Assembly: GCA_031423895.1 (NCBI GenBank)
Contig: JANPGK010000004.1
Location: 10,561 to 74,560, forward strand
Direction: 5' to 3'
DNA: 64,000 nt
DNA from: Hyphomicrobiales bacterium
Lineage (GTDB): Bacteria > Pseudomonadota > Alphaproteobacteria > Rhizobiales > JANPGK01
The notes below the pieces were generated by a model, which saw only the letters and a program-made list of their open reading frames with translations, was not told the DNA's origin and did not search any database. Of this stretch, positions 1-8,805 are shown in pieces (position 1 is the first letter of the stretch; each line of letters begins with the position of its first letter). The translations under genes and the position numbers were made by a program.

Positions 1-1120
1 ACGCCGCATGGTGCTTGAGCGTCGCCTGCGCGAGGATGTGGAATCAATTGTTGCCAATATTGTTGGCAATGGCCGCACCCGTGTGCAAGTTTCGGCCGAT
101 TTTGAAATGAATCGCATCACACAAACCCAAGATACATTTGACCCCGAAACACGGGTTGTCCGTTCTGCTCAAAGCCGTGGCGAAAGCAGCAAAACAGCTG
201 CGCAAGGTGGCGATAATTCTGGTGAGGTTTCCGCCAGCAAGGAATTGCCAAATGCAAGCAGTAAAAGCGATTCGAGCGGGTCCGCTGCCGCGCGTGATGA
301 AACCAGCAAAAATGAAGAAACCATCAATTACGAAATTTCTCGCATTACAAAAACAGAAGTCAGCGAGCCAGGCCGCCTGAAGCGCCTTTCGGTGGCAGTT
401 TTGGTGGACGGCATTTACACAGTCGGTGCGGATAATAAAGCCACTTATGCGCCGCGTTCCAAAGAAGAGCTCGACCAAATTGCGGCGCTTGTACGGTCCG
501 CCGTGGGCTATTCGCAAGACCGTGGTGATAAAATTGAAGTGGTAAACTTGAAATTTGCGGATGCGCCGATGGCATTAGAGGCAGCAGGTGCGCCAAAAGG
601 TATGTTCGATTTTACCTTCACCAAAGATGATATTATGGCGGGCATTGAGATTTTTGTGATGTTCATCATCAGCATGTCGATGATTTTATTCATCGCTCGC
701 CCCATGATGAAACGCGCTATGGATAGCGTGGTGGATACTACCGCAAATGTAGCCCGCGCAGCAGGGTTTAACCCTAATTTTGGGAGCGGCTCAGGCACAG
801 CTGCCACAGAAAATGGCGCGCCAGTTTTTAGAGATGAAAACGGCGCTGTAATGAATGCCCCGCCTGGCACCGTGATCAAAACCGTGGGGGAAAATGGCGA
901 AGTTAAATATGTGCCCGCCAATAGCACTATAAAAGCAGAGCCCCAAGTTGTGACAGAAACCAACTCGACCCTTGCGGCAATTGAATTGGCGCAAATTTCT
1001 GGGCAAATGCAGGCCGTTTCATTGCAAAAAGTAGGGGAATTGGTTGAGGGCAACCCTGAAGAAGCCGTTATCATCATCCGCCAGTGGATGAGTGAAGATG
1101 ATAAGGCAGCCGCAGCATGA
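1..1120 (+). CDS. fliF: Flagellar M-ring protein FliF, C-terminal part (5' end lies upstream of the window)
   Basis: The frame is open to the window edge. The translation (RTRVQVSADFEMNRITQTQDTFDPETRVVRS..., late TM segment, ...IIIRQWMSED) looks like FliF. The stop overlaps the fliG start as ATGA. Confidence 0.85.
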   Translation, partial: RRMVLERRLREDVESIVANIVGNGRTRVQVSADFEMNRITQTQDTFDPETRVVRSAQSRGESSKTAAQGGDNSGEVSASKELPNASSKSDSSGSAAARDETSKNEETINYEISRITKTEVSEPGRLKRLSVAVLVDGIYTVGADNKATYAPRSKEELDQIAALVRSAVGYSQDRGDKIEVVNLKFADAPMALEAAGAPKGMFDFTFTKDDIMAGIEIFVMFIISMSMILFIARPMMKRAMDSVVDTTANVARAAGFNPNFGSGSGTAATENGAPVFRDENGAVMNAPPGTVIKTVGENGEVKYVPANSTIKAEPQVVTETNSTLAAIELAQISGQMQAVSLQKVGELVEGNPEEAVIIIRQWMSEDDKAAAA

Positions 1121-2196
1121 AAGATATAATGGAGTCCCTGGGCAAAAGTAAAAAAGTGGCAATCGCCGCGCCAGATACCTCTGGTGCGCCCAAAAAAACT
1201 GCACGCATTGGCGGTGTACAGCGTGCCGCTGTGCTGATGCTCGCTTTGGGCTCTCAATATGGTGAAAAAGTTTGGGCACTGCTCGATGAAGACGAAATTC
1301 GGGATTTGTCCCTCACCATCGCAAAATTAGGTCCAGTTGCCCCTGATATGGTGGAAGAGCTGGTGGTCGATTTTGTATCGAGAATGTCGTCTGCTGGTGC
1401 GCTGATGGGCGGCTTTGATTCGACCGAACGCCTGCTTAAAAAATTCATTCCTGGTGATCGCGTCAACACCATTATGGAAGAAATTCGTGGCCCTGCAGGC
1501 CGCAATATGTGGGAAAAACTTTCAAATATTCAAGAGTCTGTACTGGCCAACTATCTCAAAAACGAATACCCGCAAACTGTTGCCCTCATTCTCTCTAAAA
1601 TTCGCCCTGAACATGCCGCGCGGGTACTGTCGAATTTCACCGATGATTTTGCCATGGAGGTGATCGACCGCATGTTGAAAATGGAAGCGGTGCAAAAGGA
1701 AATTTTGGAGCGTGTGGAACAAACCCTGCGCACTGAATTTATGGCGAATTTGTCGCAAACCCAGCGCCGCGATTCCCATGAAATGATGGCGGAAATCTTC
1801 AATAATTTTGATCGTCAAACCGAAACTAAATTCATTGGCGCGTTGGAAGATGTGAACCGCGATTCGGCTGAAAAAATTAAAGCGCTGATGTTCACATTTG
1901 AAGACCTGCTCAAAATTGACAATGCGGGCATTCAAGTGCTGCTGCGCAATGTGGAAAAAGATAAATTATCCATCGCACTTAAGGGTGCCTCAGAAGCTGT
2001 GCGGGAATTCTTTTTCTCCAATATGTCTGGCCGTGCAGCGAATAATTTGAAAGACGACATGCAAGCGTTAGGCCCTGTGCGCCTGCGCGATGTTGATGAT
2101 GCCCAAACCAGCATGGTGAATATTGCCAAAGATCTGGCGGCAAAAGGTGAGTTGGTGATCGCGAAAAGCGGTGGCGATGACGACGTGATTGTATAG
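1117..2196 (+). CDS. fliG: Flagellar motor switch protein FliG
   Basis: 359-aa ORF with FliG-like sequence throughout (GVQRAAVLMLALG..., EDLLKIDNAGIQVLLRNV..., MSGRAANNLKDDM). It is translationally coupled to fliF. Confidence 0.9.
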   Translation: MKDIMESLGKSKKVAIAAPDTSGAPKKTARIGGVQRAAVLMLALGSQYGEKVWALLDEDEIRDLSLTIAKLGPVAPDMVEELVVDFVSRMSSAGALMGGFDSTERLLKKFIPGDRVNTIMEEIRGPAGRNMWEKLSNIQESVLANYLKNEYPQTVALILSKIRPEHAARVLSNFTDDFAMEVIDRMLKMEAVQKEILERVEQTLRTEFMANLSQTQRRDSHEMMAEIFNNFDRQTETKFIGALEDVNRDSAEKIKALMFTFEDLLKIDNAGIQVLLRNVEKDKLSIALKGASEAVREFFFSNMSGRAANNLKDDMQALGPVRLRDVDDAQTSMVNIAKDLAAKGELVIAKSGGDDDVIV

Positions 2197-2204
2197 GGAA
2201 TGAA

Positions 2205-2834
2205 ATGAGCAAAATCGCGACGAAATTCGACTTTACGCAAGACTTCAACAGCAATAAATTTGCTGAGGAGGAGCAAAAATTCAGTGCGGAAATGATCGAA
2301 GATTCGCGCCTGCAAGGCTATGCGCAAGGCTATGCAGCGGCGCAAAGCAGTGCGGTTCAGGCTACCGATATGAAGGCGCAGGCGCTGTTTTTGCAAGCCG
2401 CAGAAACGCTTACGCAACTCGATGCCACCGCGCACAGTCTCACACGCGAAGGCATCAATATTGCACTGACCATTGCGCGCACATTGGCGCGTGGATTGAT
2501 GGATAAATTCCCGCAAGACACAATCGAGGAATTGGCCAATGAATGCTTTCGTCATATGCGTAACACCCCACATATTAGCTTTCGCGTGGCGCCCGATTTG
2601 GCAGAGGCGCTGCAAGAGCGATTGCAAGCGCAGGCGGATAGTTTTGGTTTTGCGGGGCGTATTCTCATCACGCCAGACCCAGAGTTTGCAACGGGCGATG
2701 TACGGATTGAATGGGCGGATGGTGGCTATGAACATCAATTAAAATTAATTGAAGCTGAAGTGGAGGCCTGTCTGCAGCGTTGGCTGGCCGCAACCCTCAC
2801 TGCATCAGTGGATGGAGACGATGATGGAAAATGA
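2205..2834 (+). CDS. fliH: FliH/FlbE-like flagellar assembly protein
   Basis: 209-aa ORF sitting between fliG and fliN, as in the Caulobacter fliF operon. It has a coiled-coil-like middle and a C-terminal ...GDVRIEWADGGYE motif typical of FliH-like proteins. Sequence similarity is weak, so the call rests mainly on gene position. Confidence 0.55.
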   Translation: MSKIATKFDFTQDFNSNKFAEEEQKFSAEMIEDSRLQGYAQGYAAAQSSAVQATDMKAQALFLQAAETLTQLDATAHSLTREGINIALTIARTLARGLMDKFPQDTIEELANECFRHMRNTPHISFRVAPDLAEALQERLQAQADSFGFAGRILITPDPEFATGDVRIEWADGGYEHQLKLIEAEVEACLQRWLAATLTASVDGDDDGK

Positions 2835-3186
2835 TACAGACCTAAACCTGCCCGATCTCAATTCGGCCGACACGGCTTTGATTGTGCAAACTGAAGATTC
2901 GCAAGAAAACCAGTTGTCCATGGCGCGCAAAGCTGAAGATTTGGTGGCCGTGTTCGATGTGCCCATGAAAGTTTCGGCAGTGCTGGGCCGCGCCAAAATG
3001 GACATTTCTGAACTGCTCAAAGTGGGCGTTGGCACCGTGATAGAGCTTGACCGCAAGGTGGGAGAAGCCATTGATGTATATGTAAATAACCGCCTTGTTG
3101 CACGTGGTGAGGTGGTGCTGGTGGAAGACAAGCTGGGCATCACCATGACAGAGGTTATTAAATCCGACACAGACCAGGGAGTTTAA
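2821..3186 (+). CDS. fliN: Flagellar motor switch protein FliN
   Basis: C-terminal SpoA/FliN domain ([67 protein letters not shown]). I chose the start at ATG 2821 (alternative 2824) because GGAG lies just upstream. The ORF-track start at 2749 would overlap fliH by 86 nt. Confidence 0.85.
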   Translation: MMENDTDLNLPDLNSADTALIVQTEDSQENQLSMARKAEDLVAVFDVPMKVSAVLGRAKMDISELLKVGVGTVIELDRKVGEAIDVYVNNRLVARGEVVLVEDKLGITMTEVIKSDTDQGV

Positions 3187-3187
3187 C

Positions 3188-4567
3188 ATGCGTTTGCTCA
3201 TTATCGGCCAATTAAAAGGTCAACTTTCAACCGCAACCCGCATGGCGCATGATAAAGGCGCCAAGGTCACTCATGCCGATTCTATAGCCATGGGGCTTGA
3301 TGTGCTGCGCTCCGGCAAAGGCGCTGACTTGGTGATGATCGAAACCACTATGGATATTCGTGGGTTTATTGCCGCAATTGAGGCCGAGCGGATTGCCGTG
3401 CCTGTTGTGGCGTGCGGCGTGGAAAACAACGCACGCGCTGCCGTGGCCGCCATTCATGCAGGGGCCAAGGAATATATCCCACTGCCGCCCGATGCCGAGA
3501 TGATTGCCGCTATTTTAGCCGCTGTGGTGCAGGATACAAAAGCATTAATTGTGGCCGATACTGCCATGGAAGCGGTAGTGAAATTGGCCGATCAGATCGC
3601 CCGATCCGACGCGTCTGTGCTCATCACAGGGGAATCGGGCACAGGTAAAGAGGTGGTGGCACGCCATATTCACAGCAAATCGGCGCGCAAGGATGGTGCA
3701 TTTATTGCAGTGAACTGCGCCGCTATTCCTGAGCACTTGTTGGAATCGGAGCTGTTTGGCCACGAAAAAGGTGCGTTCACAGGGGCTGTGGCGCGGCGTT
3801 TGGGCAAGTTCGAAGAAGCCAATGGTGGCACGCTGCTGCTCGATGAGGTTTCGGAAATGGACATTCGCCTGCAGGCCAAATTGCTGCGTGCTATTCAAGA
3901 GCGGGTGATCGACCGCGTGGGTGGCGGCAAGCCCGTGCCCGTGAATATTCGTATTGTTGCCACATCCAACCGTAATATGATGGATTCGGTGAAAGCGGGC
4001 ACCTTCCGCGAGGATTTATTTTATCGCCTCAATGTGGTGAATTTGCGCTTGCCCGCACTGCGTGAGCGCCCGAAAGATATTCCCGCGCTTGCCCAGCATT
4101 TCTCCAAAAAATATGCAGAACTCAATGGCTTAGCGCTGCGCCCCATTTCGCGTGAGGCGCTCAACCAATTGCACACCCTCTCATGGCCAGGCAATGTGCG
4201 CGAGCTGGAAAATATGATCCACCGTGCGGTGTTGCTCAGCACAGGGGATGAAATCGGCGCCGATGCTATTCGTACGCCAGAAGGCCAGCGCGTGGACCAA
4301 CAATGGATTGGCCATACCATTCCTAGCACCGCAACCGATGCGGCCATGCGCGCCGAAGCCATCACCCGCAATTTGGTGGGGCAAACCGTGGCCGATGTGG
4401 AACGCCAGCTGATTTTGGATACGCTTGGCCATTGCTTTGGCAATCGCACCCATGCGGCCAATATTTTGGGCATTTCCATTCGCACCTTGCGCAATAAATT
4501 GCATGAATATACCGCTGCAGGCTTTCAAATTGTCCCTACTAATGAACAAAGGGCGCAATATGCGTGA
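3188..4567 (+). CDS. flbD: Sigma-54-dependent flagellar transcriptional activator FlbD (degenerate receiver, AAA+ domain, Fis-type HTH)
   Basis: Walker A GESGTGKE, the GAFTGA sigma-54 contact motif, and a C-terminal HTH ([20 protein letters not shown]). It is the last gene of the fliF-fliG-fliH-fliN cluster, as in Caulobacter. Confidence 0.85.
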   Translation: MRLLIIGQLKGQLSTATRMAHDKGAKVTHADSIAMGLDVLRSGKGADLVMIETTMDIRGFIAAIEAERIAVPVVACGVENNARAAVAAIHAGAKEYIPLPPDAEMIAAILAAVVQDTKALIVADTAMEAVVKLADQIARSDASVLITGESGTGKEVVARHIHSKSARKDGAFIAVNCAAIPEHLLESELFGHEKGAFTGAVARRLGKFEEANGGTLLLDEVSEMDIRLQAKLLRAIQERVIDRVGGGKPVPVNIRIVATSNRNMMDSVKAGTFREDLFYRLNVVNLRLPALRERPKDIPALAQHFSKKYAELNGLALRPISREALNQLHTLSWPGNVRELENMIHRAVLLSTGDEIGADAIRTPEGQRVDQQWIGHTIPSTATDAAMRAEAITRNLVGQTVADVERQLILDTLGHCFGNRTHAANILGISIRTLRNKLHEYTAAGFQIVPTNEQRAQYA

Positions 4568-4577
4568 TGCACTTAAG

Positions 4578-4760
4578 GCTCCCCACTTGTGGGGGAGCTG
4601 GCGAGCGTAGCGAGACTAAGGGGGGTAAGAAACGTTTTGCGAAGCAAATGAAACGATCCAGTGAATCGTTTCAAGTTTCGAACGCCCGTAGCGATGCGAA
4701 GGGCAGGGAAAGCAAAACAAGAAAACCCCTCCCCCTAACCCCCTCCCACAAGGGGAGAAG
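4578..4760. repeat. Composite family-B repeat (B1 hairpin module, spacer, B2 module), copy 1, intergenic between flbD and flhA
   Basis: The B1 module is GCTCCCCACTTGTGGGGGAGCTG..CTAAGGGGGGTAAG. The B2 module is AAAACCCCTCCCCCTAACCCCCTCCCACAAGGGGAG. The same modules recur at 38326, 47214 and 49339. The spacer holds further hairpins (GAAACGAT-N7-ATCGTTTC). Confidence 0.8.
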
Positions 4761-4778
4761 GAAAAAAGAAAGCACTAA

Positions 4779-6911
4779 ATGAGCAACACCACAAAAACAT
4801 TCCCCAAACTCGCCGTACCAGGGTTTTCCTTTGGCGATTTATTGGGCATGTTCAAGCGCTCCGACGTTGGCTTCGCCATCGGCATTTTGTTCATTATTAT
4901 GGTGCTCATCGCGCCGATCCCCGCGTGGATGCTCGATTTGCTGCTCGCTACCTCTATCATCATGTCGATTTTGATTTTGATGACCTCGCTGTTCATCCAA
5001 AATCCGCTGGAATTTTCATCATTCCCCACAGTTTTGCTGGTCGCCACCATGTTCAGGCTTTCGCTCAACTTAGCGTCCACGCGGCTCATCCTCTCACATG
5101 GACATGAGGGTACTGCGGCTGCGGGTGCGGTGATCGAGGCCTTTGGCCATTTTGTGATGGGCGGCAATTTTGTGATCGGTGTGGTGGTGTTCACCATCTT
5201 GATTGTGGTGAACTTTGTGGTGATCACCAAAGGTTCGGGCCGCATTGCCGAGGTAGCTGCACGCTTCAGCTTAGATGCCATGCCGGGCAAGCAAATGGCG
5301 ATTGATGCCGATTTATCCGCAGGGTTGATTGAGCAAGATGAAGCCCGCAAACGCCGCAAAGAGCTGGAAGACGAAAGTGCCTTTTTTGGTGCGATGGATG
5401 GTGCCAGCAAATTTGTGCGCGGCGATGCGATTGCAGGGTTGATCATTACGGGAATTAACGTGGTGGGCGGAATTATCATTGGTGTTTTGCAGCAAGATAT
5501 GGAATTGGCCACCGCCGCCAGCACATTCACTATTCTCACCGTGGGTGATGGCTTGGTGTCGCAAATTCCTGGGCTGATTGTGTCCATCGCAGCTGGTTTG
5601 TTGGTGTCCAAAGGCGGCGTTTCAGGCGCGGCTGATAAAGCGCTAATGAAGCAATTCTCGCATTATCCAAAAGCCCTTGGTTTGTCTTCTGGCGTCATGT
5701 TGTTGATCGCCCTTTTGCCTGGGATGCCTATGTTGCCATTTTTATTCCTAGGTGGCGGGGCAGGGGCCATTGCTTATTGGCTCGATAAAGAAAACAAGCG
5801 CGCCGTGATCAATACAGCGGCGACAAAAGCCAAAGCGGAAGTGGTGGAGAAAGCCGCCCCTGCAGATGAGCCTATTGGCCAAAGCCTGAAAATGGATGAG
5901 ATCAAGGTGGAAGTGGGCCAAGCCCTCATTCAAATGATCAATAGCAAAGTGGGCGGTGGTGTGGGCGAACGCCTGACCGATCAAATCAAGGCCCTGCGCC
6001 GCCAATTGGCCATTGATATGGGCATTATCATGCCATCGGTGCGGGTGCTGGATAATATGATGCTGGATTCCAACGCCTATGTGATCAAAGTGAAAGAAGT
6101 CGACGCGGGCAGCGGCCGCATTTATCCCAATCAATATATGGTGATGAACCCAAACGGCGGCCCTGTCGATATTCCGGGCATCAACACGCTCGAGCCAACC
6201 TTTGGCCTGCCCGCCACATGGATTGAGAGCGAGCACCACCAAGACGCGCAAATTAAAGGCTACACCGTGGTGGATTGCGCCACTGTACTGTCTACCCATC
6301 TCACTGAAGTGATCAAAAATAACGTCGCCGAGCTAATTTCCTATGCCGATGTGCAGGCGCTGCTCAAAGAATTGCCCAAAGACCAACAAAAATTGGTGGA
6401 AGATATTGTGCCCGCGCAAATCACTGTATCAGGCATTCAAAAAATTCTGCAAATGCTGCTCAGCGAGCGGATTTCCATTCGCGACCTCTCGAGCATTTTG
6501 GAAAGCATTGCCGACGCCGTGAGCATGACCCGCAACCCAACACTCATCACCGAACATGTGCGGATGCGGTTGGCACGGCAAATTTGTGCCGCCAATCAAA
6601 ACCATACAGGCGTGCTGCCCATCATTACGCTATCTCCGCATTGGGAACATGAAATTGCGGAAAGCTTGATTGGTAGCGGCGAGGAAAAACAGCTCGCTAT
6701 AGCCCCCAGCAAATTGCACGAGCTGATGAACGGTATTCGCGAGCGCTTTGAAGACGCAGCCCGCATTGGGGAGTTGCCCGTGTTGCTCACCTCACCCTCC
6801 GCGCGCCCCCACATGCGTGCACTTGTTGACCGCTTCCGCCCACAAACCACGGTGATGAGCCAAAACGAAGTGCACCCGCGCGCGAAGCTCAAAACCGTTG
6901 GTGCGGTGTAG
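4779..6911 (+). CDS. flhA: Flagellar type III export protein FlhA
   Basis: 710-aa ORF with an N-terminal multi-TM region, the conserved FHIPEP block (RIAEVAARFSLDAMPGKQMAIDADL) and a C-terminal cytoplasmic domain. Confidence 0.95.
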   Translation: MSNTTKTFPKLAVPGFSFGDLLGMFKRSDVGFAIGILFIIMVLIAPIPAWMLDLLLATSIIMSILILMTSLFIQNPLEFSSFPTVLLVATMFRLSLNLASTRLILSHGHEGTAAAGAVIEAFGHFVMGGNFVIGVVVFTILIVVNFVVITKGSGRIAEVAARFSLDAMPGKQMAIDADLSAGLIEQDEARKRRKELEDESAFFGAMDGASKFVRGDAIAGLIITGINVVGGIIIGVLQQDMELATAASTFTILTVGDGLVSQIPGLIVSIAAGLLVSKGGVSGAADKALMKQFSHYPKALGLSSGVMLLIALLPGMPMLPFLFLGGGAGAIAYWLDKENKRAVINTAATKAKAEVVEKAAPADEPIGQSLKMDEIKVEVGQALIQMINSKVGGGVGERLTDQIKALRRQLAIDMGIIMPSVRVLDNMMLDSNAYVIKVKEVDAGSGRIYPNQYMVMNPNGGPVDIPGINTLEPTFGLPATWIESEHHQDAQIKGYTVVDCATVLSTHLTEVIKNNVAELISYADVQALLKELPKDQQKLVEDIVPAQITVSGIQKILQMLLSERISIRDLSSILESIADAVSMTRNPTLITEHVRMRLARQICAANQNHTGVLPIITLSPHWEHEIAESLIGSGEEKQLAIAPSKLHELMNGIRERFEDAARIGELPVLLTSPSARPHMRALVDRFRPQTTVMSQNEVHPRAKLKTVGAV

Positions 6912-6945
6912 AGTTTAGGTGTGAAGCGGGGGCTAAGTTTCTGCT

Positions 6946-7024
6946 GTCATCCTGAACGTGAGTAAAGGATCTCCAGCCGATTGAGTTCAATCTCAAGGAG
7001 ATTCTTCGCTGTGCTCAGAATGAC
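6946..7024. repeat. Family-A palindromic repeat, copy 1 (intergenic, after flhA)
   Basis: Termini GTCATCCTGA....CAGAATGAC with internal AAGGATCTC / GGAGATTCTTC. Related copies are at 31184 and 44462. Confidence 0.75.
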
Positions 7025-7104
7025 AAGCGCCACGAATGTCAAAGCGTGATGAGTGAAATGACAACTTTCTTTCCATCCCATCAAAACCCTGTTAACCTCC
7101 CCCT

Positions 7105-8805
7105 ATGCCCCCAGAATTTGGATTCTCACGATTTTTCCGCTCCATTTTGTTCTCGTCGCTCGCGAGGCGGATTATTCTCATTAATTTTATCGGTTTGGCG
7201 GTGTTATTATTCGGTATTTTATATCTCAACCAATTTCGGGAAGGACTCATTGATGCGCGGATGAAAAGCCTGATGACACAGGCCGAAATTATCGCGGCGG
7301 CGGTGGCGTCTTCTAATACCATCGAGCCGAATGCGCTGAATATCGATCCTGAAAAATTGCTCGACCTCATCATTAATAATGATGGCGTGTTGCCCAGCGA
7401 TTACGACACCCAAATTCAAGATTACCCGATTAACCCCGAACGTGTGGGTACGGTGCTGAGCCGCCTTGTAAATCCCACGGGCACGCGCGCGCGCATATTC
7501 GATAGAGATGGTGTCTTATTGATGGATTCTGCGCATATTAATGCACGAAAACCGCCTGTAATTGAGCCGAAACGCAGCGCATTCGCCATTTTAGAGCGCA
7601 TTATCAACACTTGGTTCACGCCAGGGCGCGTGGCCACCTATCATGAGGCCAGCACCATTGCCACCCAGCATTTCCCCGAGGTGGAAAAAGCCTTGCGCGG
7701 ACAGGTGGCATCTGTGGTGCGCATGCAGGCTGAAACGGGCTCACTGGTGATATTTGTGGCGGTGCCCGTGCAGCGCCCCAAGGGCATGGTGGGTGCGTTG
7801 TTGCTCTCCACCCAAGGCAAGGATATCGACGATGTAGTGACCAGTGAACGGCTAGAAATTCTGCGCGTATTTGCGGTGGCGGGCGCGGTGATGCTGTTTT
7901 TGTCGCTTGTGTTGGCCAGCACCATTGCCACGCCCTTGCAGCGCCTTTCATTGGCGGCGCGGCGCATTCGTGCCCGCAAAAAACTCACGGGGGAATTTCC
8001 GGATTACTCCACCCGCACGGATGAAATTGGTGAACTGTCGATTGCATTGCATGATATGGCCGAAAGCCTTGAGGCGCGCATTGAAGCCATTGAGCGCTTT
8101 GCGGCAGATGTGTCGCATGAGCTGAAAAACCCGCTTACCAGCTTGCGCAGCGCCATTGAAGTGCTGCCGATTGTGAAAAAAGATGAAGACCGCACCCGCT
8201 TGCTGGAGGTGATCCACCATGATGTGCAGCGGCTCGACCGCCTGATCAGCGATATTTCGCTGGCTTCGCGCCTCGATGCCGAGCTGCAACGTGCCGACAA
8301 TAGCCCCACCGATGTGCAAAAAGTGCTGGAAACCGTGGTGAATATGGCTAATGACATGAAAACCAAACATAATGTGCAGGTGCATTTGCAGGTGCGCACC
8401 GATGGCATCCCCGATGGCGCGTTGGAGGCCGCATTTTATGTGCATGGCAATGATAGCCGCTTGGCGCAAGTGGCCAGTAACCTCATCGACAATGCAAAAT
8501 CGTTCTCCCCGCCCGATGGTGTGGTGGATGTGATTGTGCAGCGCTTGCCACAGCATGTGCGGTTTATGGTGCTCGATAGCGGGCGCGGCATTCCGCCAGA
8601 TAATGTGCAGCGGATTTTTGAGCGCTTTTATACCGACCGCCCCGCCAAGCATTTTGGCAATAATTCTGGCCTTGGGCTATCGATTTCCAAGCAGATTGTA
8701 GACGCCCACGGCGGCGAAATTTATGCCGAAAACCGCAAAGATAACCACGGCAATATCCTCGGCGCGTGTTTCACGGTCGATTTGCCCGCTGCGGGCTGGC
8801 GGTGA
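7105..8805 (+). CDS. chvG: ChvG/ExoS-like sensor histidine kinase
   Basis: The N-terminus (RRIILINFIGLAVLLFGILYLNQFREGLIDARMKSLMTQAEIIAAAVA) and the H-box (FAADVSHELKNPLTSLRSAIEVL) match my recollection of ChvG/ExoS. It has two TM segments, a HAMP domain and an HATPase domain with G-box GLGLSISKQIV. Confidence 0.7.
   Translation: MPPEFGFSRFFRSILFSSLARRIILINFIGLAVLLFGILYLNQFREGLIDARMKSLMTQAEIIAAAVASSNTIEPNALNIDPEKLLDLIINNDGVLPSDYDTQIQDYPINPERVGTVLSRLVNPTGTRARIFDRDGVLLMDSAHINARKPPVIEPKRSAFAILERIINTWFTPGRVATYHEASTIATQHFPEVEKALRGQVASVVRMQAETGSLVIFVAVPVQRPKGMVGALLLSTQGKDIDDVVTSERLEILRVFAVAGAVMLFLSLVLASTIATPLQRLSLAARRIRARKKLTGEFPDYSTRTDEIGELSIALHDMAESLEARIEAIERFAADVSHELKNPLTSLRSAIEVLPIVKKDEDRTRLLEVIHHDVQRLDRLISDISLASRLDAELQRADNSPTDVQKVLETVVNMANDMKTKHNVQVHLQVRTDGIPDGALEAAFYVHGNDSRLAQVASNLIDNAKSFSPPDGVVDVIVQRLPQHVRFMVLDSGRGIPPDNVQRIFERFYTDRPAKHFGNNSGLGLSISKQIVDAHGGEIYAENRKDNHGNILGACFTVDLPAAGWR

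Noticed and set aside
508-1257. Long antisense or alternative-frame ORFs inside confident genes. Examples: 508..1257(-), 4775..5611(-), 1932..2738(-), 30602..31144(-), 33098..33679(+), 57768..58514(+), 43749..44471(+) and 22921..23409(+).
   Set aside because: Each lies wholly within a well-supported gene on the other strand or frame. Their compositions are biased and low-complexity, and they have no RBS or family resemblance. These are typical shadow ORFs of GC-rich third-position bias.
4701-4716. Sigma-54-like GGGCAGGGAAAGCAAA upstream of flhA.
   Set aside because: The GG-to-GC spacing is off by one relative to the strict -24/-12 geometry, and the sequence lies inside the repeat spacer. I do not call it a promoter.
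4564-4782. 72-aa ORF between flbD and flhA ([21 protein letters not shown]...PLPLTPSHKGRRKKESTK).
   Set aside because: It consists entirely of family-B repeat modules read in one frame. The same peptide fragments (LPTCGGAG, SPL/PHKG) appear wherever the repeat occurs. It has no RBS and overlaps the flbD stop. I treat it as a repeat, not a gene.
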